The position numbers were made by a program, and so were the translations under genes. A stretch of 32,000 nt of DNA, taken from NCBI GenBank assembly GCA_025340205.1, contig CP006868.1, positions 1,530,001-1,562,000 of the forward strand. Direction: 5' to 3'. Under the pieces are notes generated by a model. That model was not told the DNA's origin. It did no database searches and saw nothing but the letters and a program-made list of their open reading frames with translations. This stretch comes from Ignicoccus pacificus DSM 13166. Lineage in GTDB: Archaea > Thermoproteota > Thermoprotei_A > Sulfolobales > Ignicoccaceae. Shown here piece by piece: positions 8,547 through 17,202 of this stretch (position 1 is its first letter; each line of letters begins with the position of its first letter).

Positions 8547-9512
8547 TTGCTACCCGAGCGCTTTGCGTTTTTGAGACAATTAAGCTACTATCGCCGGGTA
8601 GCAAGGGTGGACTTAAGCGTTGACGTTGGAGGTCTGAAGCTCTCCAATCCTCTAATGCAAGCTTCCGGGATATTAGGAGGCGATCCTCAAGCCCTCGAGT
8701 TAGTGGCCAAGAGCGGGGTAGGTGCTCTAGTCACCAAGACCATAACGATAGAACCTAGGAAGGGATACGACCCACCGATAGTCGTTCAAACGGATTGCGG
8801 TTTAGTAAACGCCGTAGGTCTCTCCAATCCCGGCAAGGGGGCTATAAGAGAGCTGGTCGAGGTGGGGAAGAAGTACAACTTACCAGTGATAGTTTCAATA
8901 GCTGGGAAGGATGAAGAGGAGTTCTCGGAGCTGGCTTGGGAGGCCGAGGACTCCGGGGCTTCAGCGATTGAGCTAAACCTCTCATGTCCTCACGCGAAGG
9001 GCCTAGGCCTTGAGCTTGGCATGGATATCAACATGGTAAAGAATGTAGTTGAAGCTGTAAGCACCACTACCTCCATACCGGTATTCGCGAAGCTGGGCTT
9101 GGTGGACAGGCTCGTGGAGACCGCCTCTAAGGCCCTCGAAGCAGGAGCCTCCGGACTAACCCTCATTAACACGGTTAGAGCTATGGTAATAGATATAGAT
9201 GCTATGATGCCGGTGCTTTCAAACAAGGTCGGGGGCCTCTCGGGGAGGGCCATAAAACCCATAGCTGTTAGGGCCATCTATGATGTATACAAGGAGACGA
9301 GGGCTCCGATAATAGGGGTAGGGGGAATATATTCTTGGAAGGACGCCGTCGAGATGATCCTCGCCGGTGCCTCTGCTCTCCAAATAGGTTCAGCCCTAGT
9401 TGAGAAGGGTACCAAGGTCTTCACGGAAGTGAGAGCTGGCATCTCTTGGTGGCTTTACTCCCACGGCTTCAAGTCCCTGAGGGAGGCGGTCGGCTTGGCT
9501 CACAGTAAATAA
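8547..9512 (+). CDS. pyrD: dihydroorotate dehydrogenase, class 1 catalytic subunit
   Basis: Motifs are NAVGLSNPG, ELNLSCPH (Cys catalytic base, class 1) and GVGGI. The start is ambiguous: TTG at 8547 per the ORF track, or in-frame GTG at 8607 directly before the conserved VDLSVDVGGLKLSNP. Confidence 0.9.
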   Translation: MLPERFAFLRQLSYYRRVARVDLSVDVGGLKLSNPLMQASGILGGDPQALELVAKSGVGALVTKTITIEPRKGYDPPIVVQTDCGLVNAVGLSNPGKGAIRELVEVGKKYNLPVIVSIAGKDEEEFSELAWEAEDSGASAIELNLSCPHAKGLGLELGMDINMVKNVVEAVSTTTSIPVFAKLGLVDRLVETASKALEAGASGLTLINTVRAMVIDIDAMMPVLSNKVGGLSGRAIKPIAVRAIYDVYKETRAPIIGVGGIYSWKDAVEMILAGASALQIGSALVEKGTKVFTEVRAGISWWLYSHGFKSLREAVGLAHSK

Positions 9513-9545
9513 GTCCTCTCGTAGAAGTGAGAGAGGGGGTACCCT

Positions 9546-9779
9546 TTGGCAAGGGTATATCTCTTAATAAAGGTAGATTCCGGTAAGGAAAATGATGTCT
9601 ACGAGGCTTTGAAGAATCTCCCTTACGTCAAGACCGTTGACATAGTTACCGGTCCCCTGGACTTGGTGGCCGTCTTCGAGGCAGACAACTTGAGCAGAAT
9701 AGAGGAAGTAATATTGAACAGGGTAAGGAGAATAGAGGGTATAAGGGAGACCACTACCTTGATAGCCTTAACTGATTAA
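9546..9779 (+). CDS. stand-alone RAM domain protein (Lrp/AsnC ligand-binding domain without HTH)
   Basis: 77 aa. VYLLIKVDSGKENDVYEALKNLPYVKTVDIVTGPLDLVAVFEADNLSRIEEVILNRVRRIEGIRETTTLIAL fits the beta-alpha-beta-beta-alpha-beta RAM pattern of Lrp/AsnC C-terminal domains. Confidence 0.75.
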   Translation: MARVYLLIKVDSGKENDVYEALKNLPYVKTVDIVTGPLDLVAVFEADNLSRIEEVILNRVRRIEGIRETTTLIALTD

Positions 9780-9780
9780 A

Positions 9781-10170
9781 TTACTCAATCCTTTTTATTA
9801 TAGTCTTCTCGTAGCCTTTCTCATTATAGATAGTTATGATCTGGTAAAGCTTGTCTCCAACCGCCCAGTACTCGACGCTCTCGTTGTCATCATATTCCTC
9901 ATCTACCAAGGCCGCATCCATGGGCATAACGATGAAATACCTATCGTAGACACCATGGGGAGTTAGGTGCTTACCGGTAACACAGAGGACGGGGCCTTTT
10001 TCCCTAGCCGAGAGCATCATTCCCTCAACTATTCCCTCGGCGCTCCTAGTCCTCTCGACACAGCTCATGAGCCTTTCCCTGGTCTTCCCCTCCCTCATGG
10101 ATTCGATAACGAAGACGAAGGGTTCCTCTGCCAAGAGTTGAGCACCTCCGGAAAGGTCTAGGAGAGCCAA
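9781..10170 (-). CDS. hypothetical protein (129 aa), probably co-transcribed downstream of argG
   Basis: The ORF starts with TTG 21 nt after the argG stop on the same strand. I recognised no motif. Codon usage looks like the neighbouring genes. Confidence 0.45.
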   Translation of the reverse strand: MALLDLSGGAQLLAEEPFVFVIESMREGKTRERLMSCVERTRSAEGIVEGMMLSAREKGPVLCVTGKHLTPHGVYDRYFIVMPMDAALVDEEYDDNESVEYWAVGDKLYQIITIYNEKGYEKTIIKRIE

Positions 10171-10191
10171 ATAAGTTGTGGGCCGAAAGTC

Positions 10192-11388
10192 TCACAGATA
10201 CCTCTTTCTGTAGCTCACGATGCTGTCCATGAGCCAAGCGTCTATGAATCCCCTCGCCATCTCATCGCTTGGGAACCAGTTGCTGTCGTAGCTTGTAATA
10301 GCCTTATCGTATATGGCATTCGGACTCCTTCTGCCGACCACTCTAAAGGATCCCTTGTATATCTTGGCCTTCACCTCTCCGTTCACATTTTCATTCATCA
10401 TTTCGGCGAACTTACTCAACTCGACTCTAATGGGATCAAACCACAGTCCCTCGTATACCAAATCGGCCCACTGGAAGTCCATGTTCCTCTTGACTCTATA
10501 TTCCCTCTTGTTTAGAACTATCTTCTCCAAGTCCTTCTTCATATTTATAATAGCCAGGGCTGCCGGGGCCTCATAGACTTCCCTGCTCTTCAAGCCCACG
10601 ACCCTGTTCTCCATGTGATCTATTATTCCATAGCCATACTTACCTACGAGATCGTTTAGGTAATTTATTATATCAATGAGCTTCATCTTTTTTCCATTAA
10701 CAGCTATCGGTATCCCCTTTTCGAACTCCAAGGTCAGCTCCAATACCTCGTTTGGCGCGTCTTCCGGGACTGTCACCCACTCAAAGGCGTCCTTTGGTGG
10801 CTCGTTCCAAGGATCCTCCAGCTCCCCTCCCTCTATGCTCCTAGACCACAAGTTCTCATCGATGCTGTACTTGGATGAGGTCTCGCTTATCGGAATGCCT
10901 CTTTTTCTAGCGAACTCTACCTCCTCTTTCCTAGTCATTCCCCACATCCTTATTGGAGCTATTATCTTGATCTCGGGGGCTAGCGCCTTAAATGCCGATT
11001 CGAACCTTATCTGATCGTTTCCCTTGCTGGTAGCTCCGTGGGCGACCGCGTCCGCACCCTCCTTCTTCGCTATCTCCACTACCTTCTCTCCAATCAAAGG
11101 CCTAGCAAGCGCCGTTCCGAGGGGATAGGCGTCCTCGTAGAGTGCGTTTGCGAGTATTGCCGGCTTAATGTACTTCTCAACGAACTCCTCCTTCGCATCT
11201 ATTAAGTAATGTTTGGAGGCTCCAGCCTTATACGCTCTCTCCTCTATTTCCTTGAAATCCTCCTTCTGACCAACATCTACGGTAACCGTTACCACTTCGG
11301 CATTGAACTTCTCCTTTAACCAAGCTATGGCAACTGAGGTGTCTAGACCCCCTGAGTAAGCCAACACGATCTTAGATATCTCACTCAT
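10192..11388 (-). CDS. argG: argininosuccinate synthase
   Basis: N-terminal [12 protein letters not shown]-pyrophosphatase motif, with full-length resemblance to ArgG ([27 protein letters not shown]). Confidence 0.95.
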   Translation of the reverse strand: MSEISKIVLAYSGGLDTSVAIAWLKEKFNAEVVTVTVDVGQKEDFKEIEERAYKAGASKHYLIDAKEEFVEKYIKPAILANALYEDAYPLGTALARPLIGEKVVEIAKKEGADAVAHGATSKGNDQIRFESAFKALAPEIKIIAPIRMWGMTRKEEVEFARKRGIPISETSSKYSIDENLWSRSIEGGELEDPWNEPPKDAFEWVTVPEDAPNEVLELTLEFEKGIPIAVNGKKMKLIDIINYLNDLVGKYGYGIIDHMENRVVGLKSREVYEAPAALAIINMKKDLEKIVLNKREYRVKRNMDFQWADLVYEGLWFDPIRVELSKFAEMMNENVNGEVKAKIYKGSFRVVGRRSPNAIYDKAITSYDSNWFPSDEMARGFIDAWLMDSIVSYRKRYL

Positions 11389-11409
11389 CTCGCTAACCGC
11401 GCTTAGGGA

Positions 11410-11441
11410 TCCTCAGAGGGATTTTTAAGGTAATCTGAGGA
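11410..11441. promoter_or_regulatory. 8-bp inverted repeat bracketing the candidate argG TATA box
   Basis: tcctcaga 11410-11417 pairs with tctgagga 11434-11441. The 16-nt spacer contains atttttaa (11421-11428; ttaaaaat on the argG strand), 33-40 nt upstream of the argG ATG at 11388. Confidence 0.4.
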
Positions 11442-11551
11442 GATTTTACTTCAATTCCGAAGAGAGATGAGTATACATTAATAGACCGGCAGACCCACTT
11501 ACTTGTTTAAAAGCTTTTGGGTGACGTCTAGCTAGTTAAGGGATTCAGTGA

Positions 11552-14500
11552 ATGGAGGCGATATACCAGAGAGCTTGTCCGTCGTGCGGCGGTGACGTCG
11601 AGAGAAGCAGGCTGATGCTAGGGTTACACTGCTCTGAGTGTAGGGGAGAGCAAGGATTAATGAAGTGGATGAGGGATCTCGAGGGAAAGTATGAGGAGTT
11701 CTTGGACTTCCTTGAGGAGAACTATGGAATAGAGCCTTGGGGTCCTCAGAGGGCTTGGATCAAGTGGCTCCTCAGCGGAGAAGACGTGGTCCTTTCGGCT
11801 CCGACAGGGACGGGTAAAAGCACCACCTTGGCCGCATATGCAAGTTTCATGGCTAAGGAGGGTAAGAGGGTACTCTATGTTGTACCTTCCAGAAGCCTAG
11901 TGAAGCAAGTGGAGAAGCTGGTAAAGGGAGTTGATGTAACGACGTCAGCAAAGATGATAAGAACTCCGGAGGAGTTCAAAGGTTATGATATAATAATAAT
12001 TGATGACGTCGACGCTGCCATGAAATCAGAGAAGACGGTAGAGGCAGTGCTGAAGATCGTAGGTCTAGAGGAAGAGGCGGAGAAGGCGAAGAGGGCGGCC
12101 AAGCTCTTGATAAAGGCAATGAAGGGCGACGAGAAAGCAATGAAGGAGTACGTGAAGCTGAAGTCAGAATTAGTTAGGGCCAGAAGAAAGAAGAGAGCTC
12201 AACTGATCTTCTCCTCCGCTACCCACGGAAAGCCCGGCCTAGTGGCAAAGCTCATGCTCTTGGCCCTAGGCCTCTCTCCATCCTCCTTCCCTCCCGCGGT
12301 GAGGGAGGTAAAGGACGTAAAGATGAGATACGACGATTTGAAGGAATTAGTAGACGTAGTTAAGGAGTTCCTGAAGAGCGGATACGGAGGAGCGGTGTTC
12401 GTCTATGAGGGGGGACCGAAGGAGGAGGTCTTGAGGATTCTGAGGGAAAACGGAATTAAGGCAGAGGAGGCCAAAGCTGGATCGATAAAGGCGATAGAAA
12501 GGTTTGAAAGGGGAGAAGTGGAGGTATTAGTCGCATCCGCCTCCCGCTACGGAGTGCTGGCAAGAGGGATCGACATTCCCGAGAGGTTTAGGTTCGCCGT
12601 CTTCTTAGAGCCACCCCATAAGTCCTACACTATAGAAAAGGCTTCTCTCAGTCCCTTCATGTTAGCGAAGATGCTTGACTTAATCGGAATGAAGGATGAA
12701 GCGGTTGAGGTAGGGAAGCTCATAAGCAGGCTCTCTCCCGCAGAATCCCTAATGCTCTCAGCAGCGATGAGAGGGGAAGTGGAGGTAGACGGAAAGCTGA
12801 GGTCTATAATGGAGAAGCTGATGGAGATAAGGAAGGAGTTACTGGAGAAGGCAAAGGGCGTAAAGGTAGCGGGTAAGGGGCTAGTAATAAAAGATGGTAA
12901 GGTGTTCAAAGTGGATCACGTGACATACCTCCAAGCCTCTGGAAGGGCCTCGAGGCTCACCAAAGAGGGCTTTACCAAGGGAGTGAGCGTGGTCCTATAC
13001 TCAGACGAGGATCTAATGAAAGCCTTAGAGGAATCCTTAAGAGGAGTGCTAGAATTCGGAAACGAACTAATACTGCCGAAGGGCAAGGTTTCCGTGGAGG
13101 TGGAGAGCGCTCTATTAGTGGTCGAGTCTCCCACCAAGGCGAAGACCATAGCTAGGATTCTAGGAGGAGGGTCAGCTATCAACGTCGGCGAAAAGGTCTA
13201 TCAGGCGGCCGCTAGGGTGGGGGATAAGGTCTACTTCTTGTATATCTTCGCAACCAAAGGACATCTCTTCGATTTGACGGTAGATGGGGTGGGAGTCCAT
13301 GGAATACTCATAGGAAACGAGGTAGTCCCCGTCTACGGACCCATAAACAAGTGCAAGGAATGTGGTTACTCTTGGAGCGGATCTCCGGGAAGATGTCCTA
13401 GGTGCGGAGGGGAAGCCGAGAGTTCCCTTAAGAGAATTGAGGTTCTGAGGAGGCTTTCCTATATTGTAGATACCGTAATAGTTGCGAGCGACCCCGATGA
13501 GGAAGGAGAGAAGATCGCTTGGGACGTCGAAGCTATGGTAAAGCCTTTCAACAGAAACGTAAGGAGAGCTAGGTACTACGAGGTCACCAGAAGGGGAATT
13601 CTGAGCGCCCTCTCAGAGCTTCAAGATGTGGATTATGGAATAGTTAAGTCACAAATAGTTAGAAGAATAGACGATAGGCTAGTGGGGTTCGAGGTAAGCC
13701 AACTCCTCTGGAGTAAGTTCGGTTCAAGGAATTTAGGCATGGGAAGGGTGCAAGGTCCCGTACTCAAGTGGGCGGTAGAAGCTAAGAAGCTTTGGGACGA
13801 CAACAAGGGATATGCCGTTACTTTAGAGCTCGAGAATGGGGACAAGATAGTTATATTCAGAAAAGATAAGGAAGAGGCATTGAAAATAGCTTCACTGAAG
13901 AAGGTGAAAATAAGCGAAGTAACTAAGGAGGTTAGGGATCTCTCGCCGTTACCTCCATTGACCACTGATGAATTGCTCAGAGAGGCCTCCTCGAGGGGGC
14001 TCGGTCCCAGGGCGGCGATGACTGCCGCTCAAAGGCTGTTCGAACAAGGTCTAATCACCTACCACAGAACAGACTCCACCAGAGTTTCGGACGTAGGAAT
14101 AGCTATTGCTAAGGAATGGATAGCGAACAACTTCGGAGAGGAGGAGTTCGTTCCTAGGAGGTGGGGAGAGGGAGGAGCTCATGAGGCGATAAGGCCCACC
14201 AAGGCTCTAGACCTCAAGTCCTTACTCTCTTCCATTGCTGCGGGAACCATTAGTGCCAAGCTGGACAAATATCAAATGAAAGTATACAAGATAGTGTTTG
14301 AAAGGTTCATAGCAAGTCAGATGAAGGAAGCACAAGTAGAATTTGCAAAAGTGAAGTATCTGGTAGATAGCGAGGCCGTGACGAAAGAGCACCCGGTCAA
14401 GGTAGTTTCTGAGGGATGGACCAAGGTGAGGCCTATCAAGGTCTTCGAGGGAAGGTTGGAAGTAGGAGAGGTCAAGGTAGTGAAGAGCTATGTAAGGAGG

Positions 14501-14842
14501 GCTTCAAGGTTCAGGCTACCTACGGCAGGAGAAATCGTGAAGAGGATGAGGGAGGCCGGGATAGGGAGGCCGAGTACGTATACGAGAACCATAGAGGCCT
14601 TGAGGAGACACGGCTACGTGGTTCTAAGCAAGTACCGGGGAGCCGTCGTCGCCACCAAGAGAGGGATCAAGGTCTTGGAGTACTTAGAGGAGCTGATGCC
14701 TGAGCTCCTCTCGGAGAGCTACACGAGGAGTCTCGAGGAGCTCATGGAGCAGGCGCCGGATAGGTACGAGGAGATCCTCAATGAGATAGTCGGGAAGGTC
14801 TGGAAGGTCAGAGAGGCGGCGGCTGGTACACTACTATCTTGA
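11552..14842 (+). CDS. rgy: reverse gyrase (SF2 helicase-like domain fused to type IA topoisomerase)
   Basis: The N-terminal Zn finger is CPSCGG...CSEC. Helicase motifs are APTGTGKST, IIIDDVD and SSAT. The topoisomerase part has the Toprim motif VVESPTKAKTIARIL, an inserted Zn finger CKECG...CPRCGG, DPDEEGE, and the active-site Tyr context ITYHRTDS. Confidence 0.95.
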   Translation: MEAIYQRACPSCGGDVERSRLMLGLHCSECRGEQGLMKWMRDLEGKYEEFLDFLEENYGIEPWGPQRAWIKWLLSGEDVVLSAPTGTGKSTTLAAYASFMAKEGKRVLYVVPSRSLVKQVEKLVKGVDVTTSAKMIRTPEEFKGYDIIIIDDVDAAMKSEKTVEAVLKIVGLEEEAEKAKRAAKLLIKAMKGDEKAMKEYVKLKSELVRARRKKRAQLIFSSATHGKPGLVAKLMLLALGLSPSSFPPAVREVKDVKMRYDDLKELVDVVKEFLKSGYGGAVFVYEGGPKEEVLRILRENGIKAEEAKAGSIKAIERFERGEVEVLVASASRYGVLARGIDIPERFRFAVFLEPPHKSYTIEKASLSPFMLAKMLDLIGMKDEAVEVGKLISRLSPAESLMLSAAMRGEVEVDGKLRSIMEKLMEIRKELLEKAKGVKVAGKGLVIKDGKVFKVDHVTYLQASGRASRLTKEGFTKGVSVVLYSDEDLMKALEESLRGVLEFGNELILPKGKVSVEVESALLVVESPTKAKTIARILGGGSAINVGEKVYQAAARVGDKVYFLYIFATKGHLFDLTVDGVGVHGILIGNEVVPVYGPINKCKECGYSWSGSPGRCPRCGGEAESSLKRIEVLRRLSYIVDTVIVASDPDEEGEKIAWDVEAMVKPFNRNVRRARYYEVTRRGILSALSELQDVDYGIVKSQIVRRIDDRLVGFEVSQLLWSKFGSRNLGMGRVQGPVLKWAVEAKKLWDDNKGYAVTLELENGDKIVIFRKDKEEALKIASLKKVKISEVTKEVRDLSPLPPLTTDELLREASSRGLGPRAAMTAAQRLFEQGLITYHRTDSTRVSDVGIAIAKEWIANNFGEEEFVPRRWGEGGAHEAIRPTKALDLKSLLSSIAAGTISAKLDKYQMKVYKIVFERFIASQMKEAQVEFAKVKYLVDSEAVTKEHPVKVVSEGWTKVRPIKVFEGRLEVGEVKVVKSYVRRASRFRLPTAGEIVKRMREAGIGRPSTYTRTIEALRRHGYVVLSKYRGAVVATKRGIKVLEYLEELMPELLSESYTRSLEELMEQAPDRYEEILNEIVGKVWKVREAAAGTLLS

Positions 14843-15077
14843 TGTAAGGTACCGTCTTCCTCCCTCTCCTCTCGCTCCCTATCTCGACTTCCACTACCTT
14901 AAGCGTCTCACTTAGTCTCTCCCTCAAAGCGTTGAACACTCCTACCGCCTTATAGATGTTCCTCCCTCTCCCCACGATCTCGAGTTCGTCGACGCCGCTG
15001 TTAAACAACACTATGGCATCGAACACGTACTTGTCGATTGGAGCGTCGCCAACAGTTATGAAGTCCCTCTTCTTCAT
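14808..15077 (-). CDS. albA: DNA/RNA-binding chromatin protein Alba
   Basis: MKKRDFITVGDAPIDKYVFDAIVLFNSGVDELEIVGRGRNIYKAVGVFNALRERL is typical Alba. The ATG at 15077 is preferred over the ORF-track GTG at 15086. The 3-prime end overlaps the reverse gyrase 3-prime end by 35 nt (convergent). Confidence 0.9.
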   Translation of the reverse strand: MKKRDFITVGDAPIDKYVFDAIVLFNSGVDELEIVGRGRNIYKAVGVFNALRERLSETLKVVEVEIGSERRGRKTVPYIKIVVYQPPPL

Positions 15078-15089
15078 CGCTCTCACTCG

Positions 15090-17042
15090 CTATTGAGGAC
15101 CGGGGGAACCCTTATATGAGTGGGTTTGAAGAGGGGAGGTCTGTGGGAGCCTTCCCAAGGCTACTCTGAGTATTCTGGCCTTACCCGGGATCCTGAGCAT
15201 TATCTCATCTTCCTTTATCCCTTCAACTATTCCCTTTAGCTGGGGTTCCTTCAACTTATTTGTCCATAGCTTCTTCAGCTTGGTTGCCACTTTCCTCTTA
15301 TCTAAGTCTCCGGGAGCTAGGATTGCATATACTAAGCTCCTCTCTTCCACGAGCTCAGGAGGACCGACTATTATTCTCGGAAAGCCTTCCTTTATCTCCA
15401 CGCCTATTCCTAGCCTCAACGGCACGTTCCTAACGTACTCCCTCTTCCCTCTGATGATGAAAGCTCCCTTAGCGACGTACTGACCACTGGGAGGGCTCTT
15501 GCTCACTTGGCTTCCTTTTACATAGAAGACGTCTACGCTTCCTCTCTCATCCTTCCACGCCTTGGAATAGCAAGCTGTCAGGTGAGCCGCCTCCCAGAGG
15601 TCTCTCTCCGCAACATCCTTCCCCTCTACCTTAAGCACCACCGCTGGGGCTCCCTGCACCTCGGCGTGGAGGAATATGTCCTCATCTTCCAGATACCTCC
15701 TGACGATAGATTCGTTCTGGCTAGCGTCCCTCCCTCCTATTGCCAAGAACCCAGAGCTCGTTATCAACCAATGATACTTCTCATACCAATCCTTCTTCCT
15801 CACCTTTGCCTTCTCCTTAGCTATTTCTTCTAGCACCTTCTCCTTCACATTTTCTAACTCCCTCTCGAGTTCCTCGGCAGCCTTCAACGCCCTCTTGTAC
15901 TTCTTCTCGTATTCCTTTGACTTAGCAAACAACTGTCTTATGTACTCATCCAAGCTGACGTTCTTAGGTATCTCCACCTCCTTCCCACCAACGTTAACCT
16001 TGACCCTCTTCTCCTTCTCTTTACTTAGAACCTCCATTACTTCTGCGTAATGGGAAGCTATCAGAGAGGCCAACTCTTGGTATTCTTGGGCAAGCCTTTG
16101 GTACTCTTGAGCTAATTTCCTTTGCTTCTCTAAGGACTTCTTGAGCCTCTCCACCTCTCTTTCTATTCTTTCCTCCACCTCCTCTTCCACTTCCTCTGCC
16201 TTAACGTTTGCGAAGTATTCATCAAGGGCTTCGTTTATTTCCCTCTCCTTTTCTTCCATTCCCTCAGAGAGGAGTAACCTTGACTTGAAGGGCTCGACGG
16301 AGAAGTATTCGTTACCTTTCAAGTATATGTATCCTCTGCCTTGAAGACTTTCCTCGTACACTTCCCTTATCTTCTCCTTTATCTTGTTCAACTCATCATC
16401 ATTCACTTCCTTAACCTTCTTGTTCTTCTCTATTCCAGCTCTGAAGAGTACCTCCTCAGCGACATCTGCCGGCAGCTTTTGTCCTATGATGAGACCCCTT
16501 ACTACATCCTTTCCCTTCTTAATTCTGGTTCCTAAATCGTCCAAATCGTTGAATGGATCGAAGGAGGGACCTGGAGGGGGAACGTAATTCTCGTTCCTCT
16601 TTATCCTCCTGTCCCTCATCTCTTTGTATTCATTAGCATACAATATCTTCATACTCTTGTCAGTAAAAGCGATAATTCCTCTCGGAACCAGCTCCACTAT
16701 TAAGTAATAGCTCTCTCCGCCTCTACTTATCTCAATTTTAACCACTCTATCATAACCAATCGTCTCGATGTTTGTTATCCTACCTCCTTTAGCGTACTTC
16801 CTTATTCCGCCCGCGAAGGGGTGAAGTCTCTCGGGGGCTTGCAAGCTCTGGGTAGTGTAGTGCATCCTCCTTCCCGGCTCAGCCACTAGGATCGTAGTAC
16901 CCAAGCCCTTAGGCTTCAACTTCATCCACAACAGATCTCCATTGTAATAAACGTTCTGTATACTTGCCCCCTTCAACTCCTCTCCGTGTGCCTTAATCCA
17001 AGCTATCACGTCCAAATAGTTCATGCTCGACTTCTTCTTCAT
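15090..17042 (-). CDS. NFACT-family protein (archaeal Rqc2/NEMF/RqcH homologue; FbpA-like N domain, coiled coil, NFACT-R/DUF814)
   Basis: The N-terminal NFACT-N-like region reads LVAEPGRRMHYT...GGIRKYAKGGRITNIETIGYDRVVKIEI. A long E/K-rich coiled coil follows. The C-terminal region WLITSSGFLAIGGRDASQNESIVRRYLEDEDIFLHAEVQGAPAVVLK is DUF814-like. Confidence 0.85.
   Translation of the reverse strand: MKKKSSMNYLDVIAWIKAHGEELKGASIQNVYYNGDLLWMKLKPKGLGTTILVAEPGRRMHYTTQSLQAPERLHPFAGGIRKYAKGGRITNIETIGYDRVVKIEISRGGESYYLIVELVPRGIIAFTDKSMKILYANEYKEMRDRRIKRNENYVPPPGPSFDPFNDLDDLGTRIKKGKDVVRGLIIGQKLPADVAEEVLFRAGIEKNKKVKEVNDDELNKIKEKIREVYEESLQGRGYIYLKGNEYFSVEPFKSRLLLSEGMEEKEREINEALDEYFANVKAEEVEEEVEERIEREVERLKKSLEKQRKLAQEYQRLAQEYQELASLIASHYAEVMEVLSKEKEKRVKVNVGGKEVEIPKNVSLDEYIRQLFAKSKEYEKKYKRALKAAEELERELENVKEKVLEEIAKEKAKVRKKDWYEKYHWLITSSGFLAIGGRDASQNESIVRRYLEDEDIFLHAEVQGAPAVVLKVEGKDVAERDLWEAAHLTACYSKAWKDERGSVDVFYVKGSQVSKSPPSGQYVAKGAFIIRGKREYVRNVPLRLGIGVEIKEGFPRIIVGPPELVEERSLVYAILAPGDLDKRKVATKLKKLWTNKLKEPQLKGIVEGIKEDEIMLRIPGKARILRVALGRLPQTSPLQTHSYKGSPGPQ
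15111..15119 (-). promoter_or_regulatory. candidate albA TATA box embedded in the 3-prime end of the NFACT ORF
   Basis: The minus strand reads tcatataag, 34-42 nt upstream of the albA ATG at 15077. Confidence 0.4.
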
Positions 17043-17202
17043 CCTCTTCCCTATCTTAAGGAACTAGGGGAGTATTTCAGTATCTCATGTTAACAGACTT
17101 TACATAAGCTTTTCAGAAAGAGTAAGCGAATCCAAGTCTACTTTGGCGATTTCTAACGGGAAATGACATTAACTCCGTTCAAATGAATCTAACCGATGAG
17201 AC

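Noticed and set aside
11552-14842. Possible intein or split in reverse gyrase
   Set aside because: The helicase and topoisomerase motifs are contiguous and in normal order. The length (1096 aa) is within the normal range, and no intein block motifs were seen.
16080-16130. Tandem 21-nt duplication inside the NFACT gene (protein LAQEYQR-LAQEYQE)
   Set aside because: It is an in-frame heptad duplication within the coiled-coil segment. This is ordinary coiled-coil length variation, not a separate feature.
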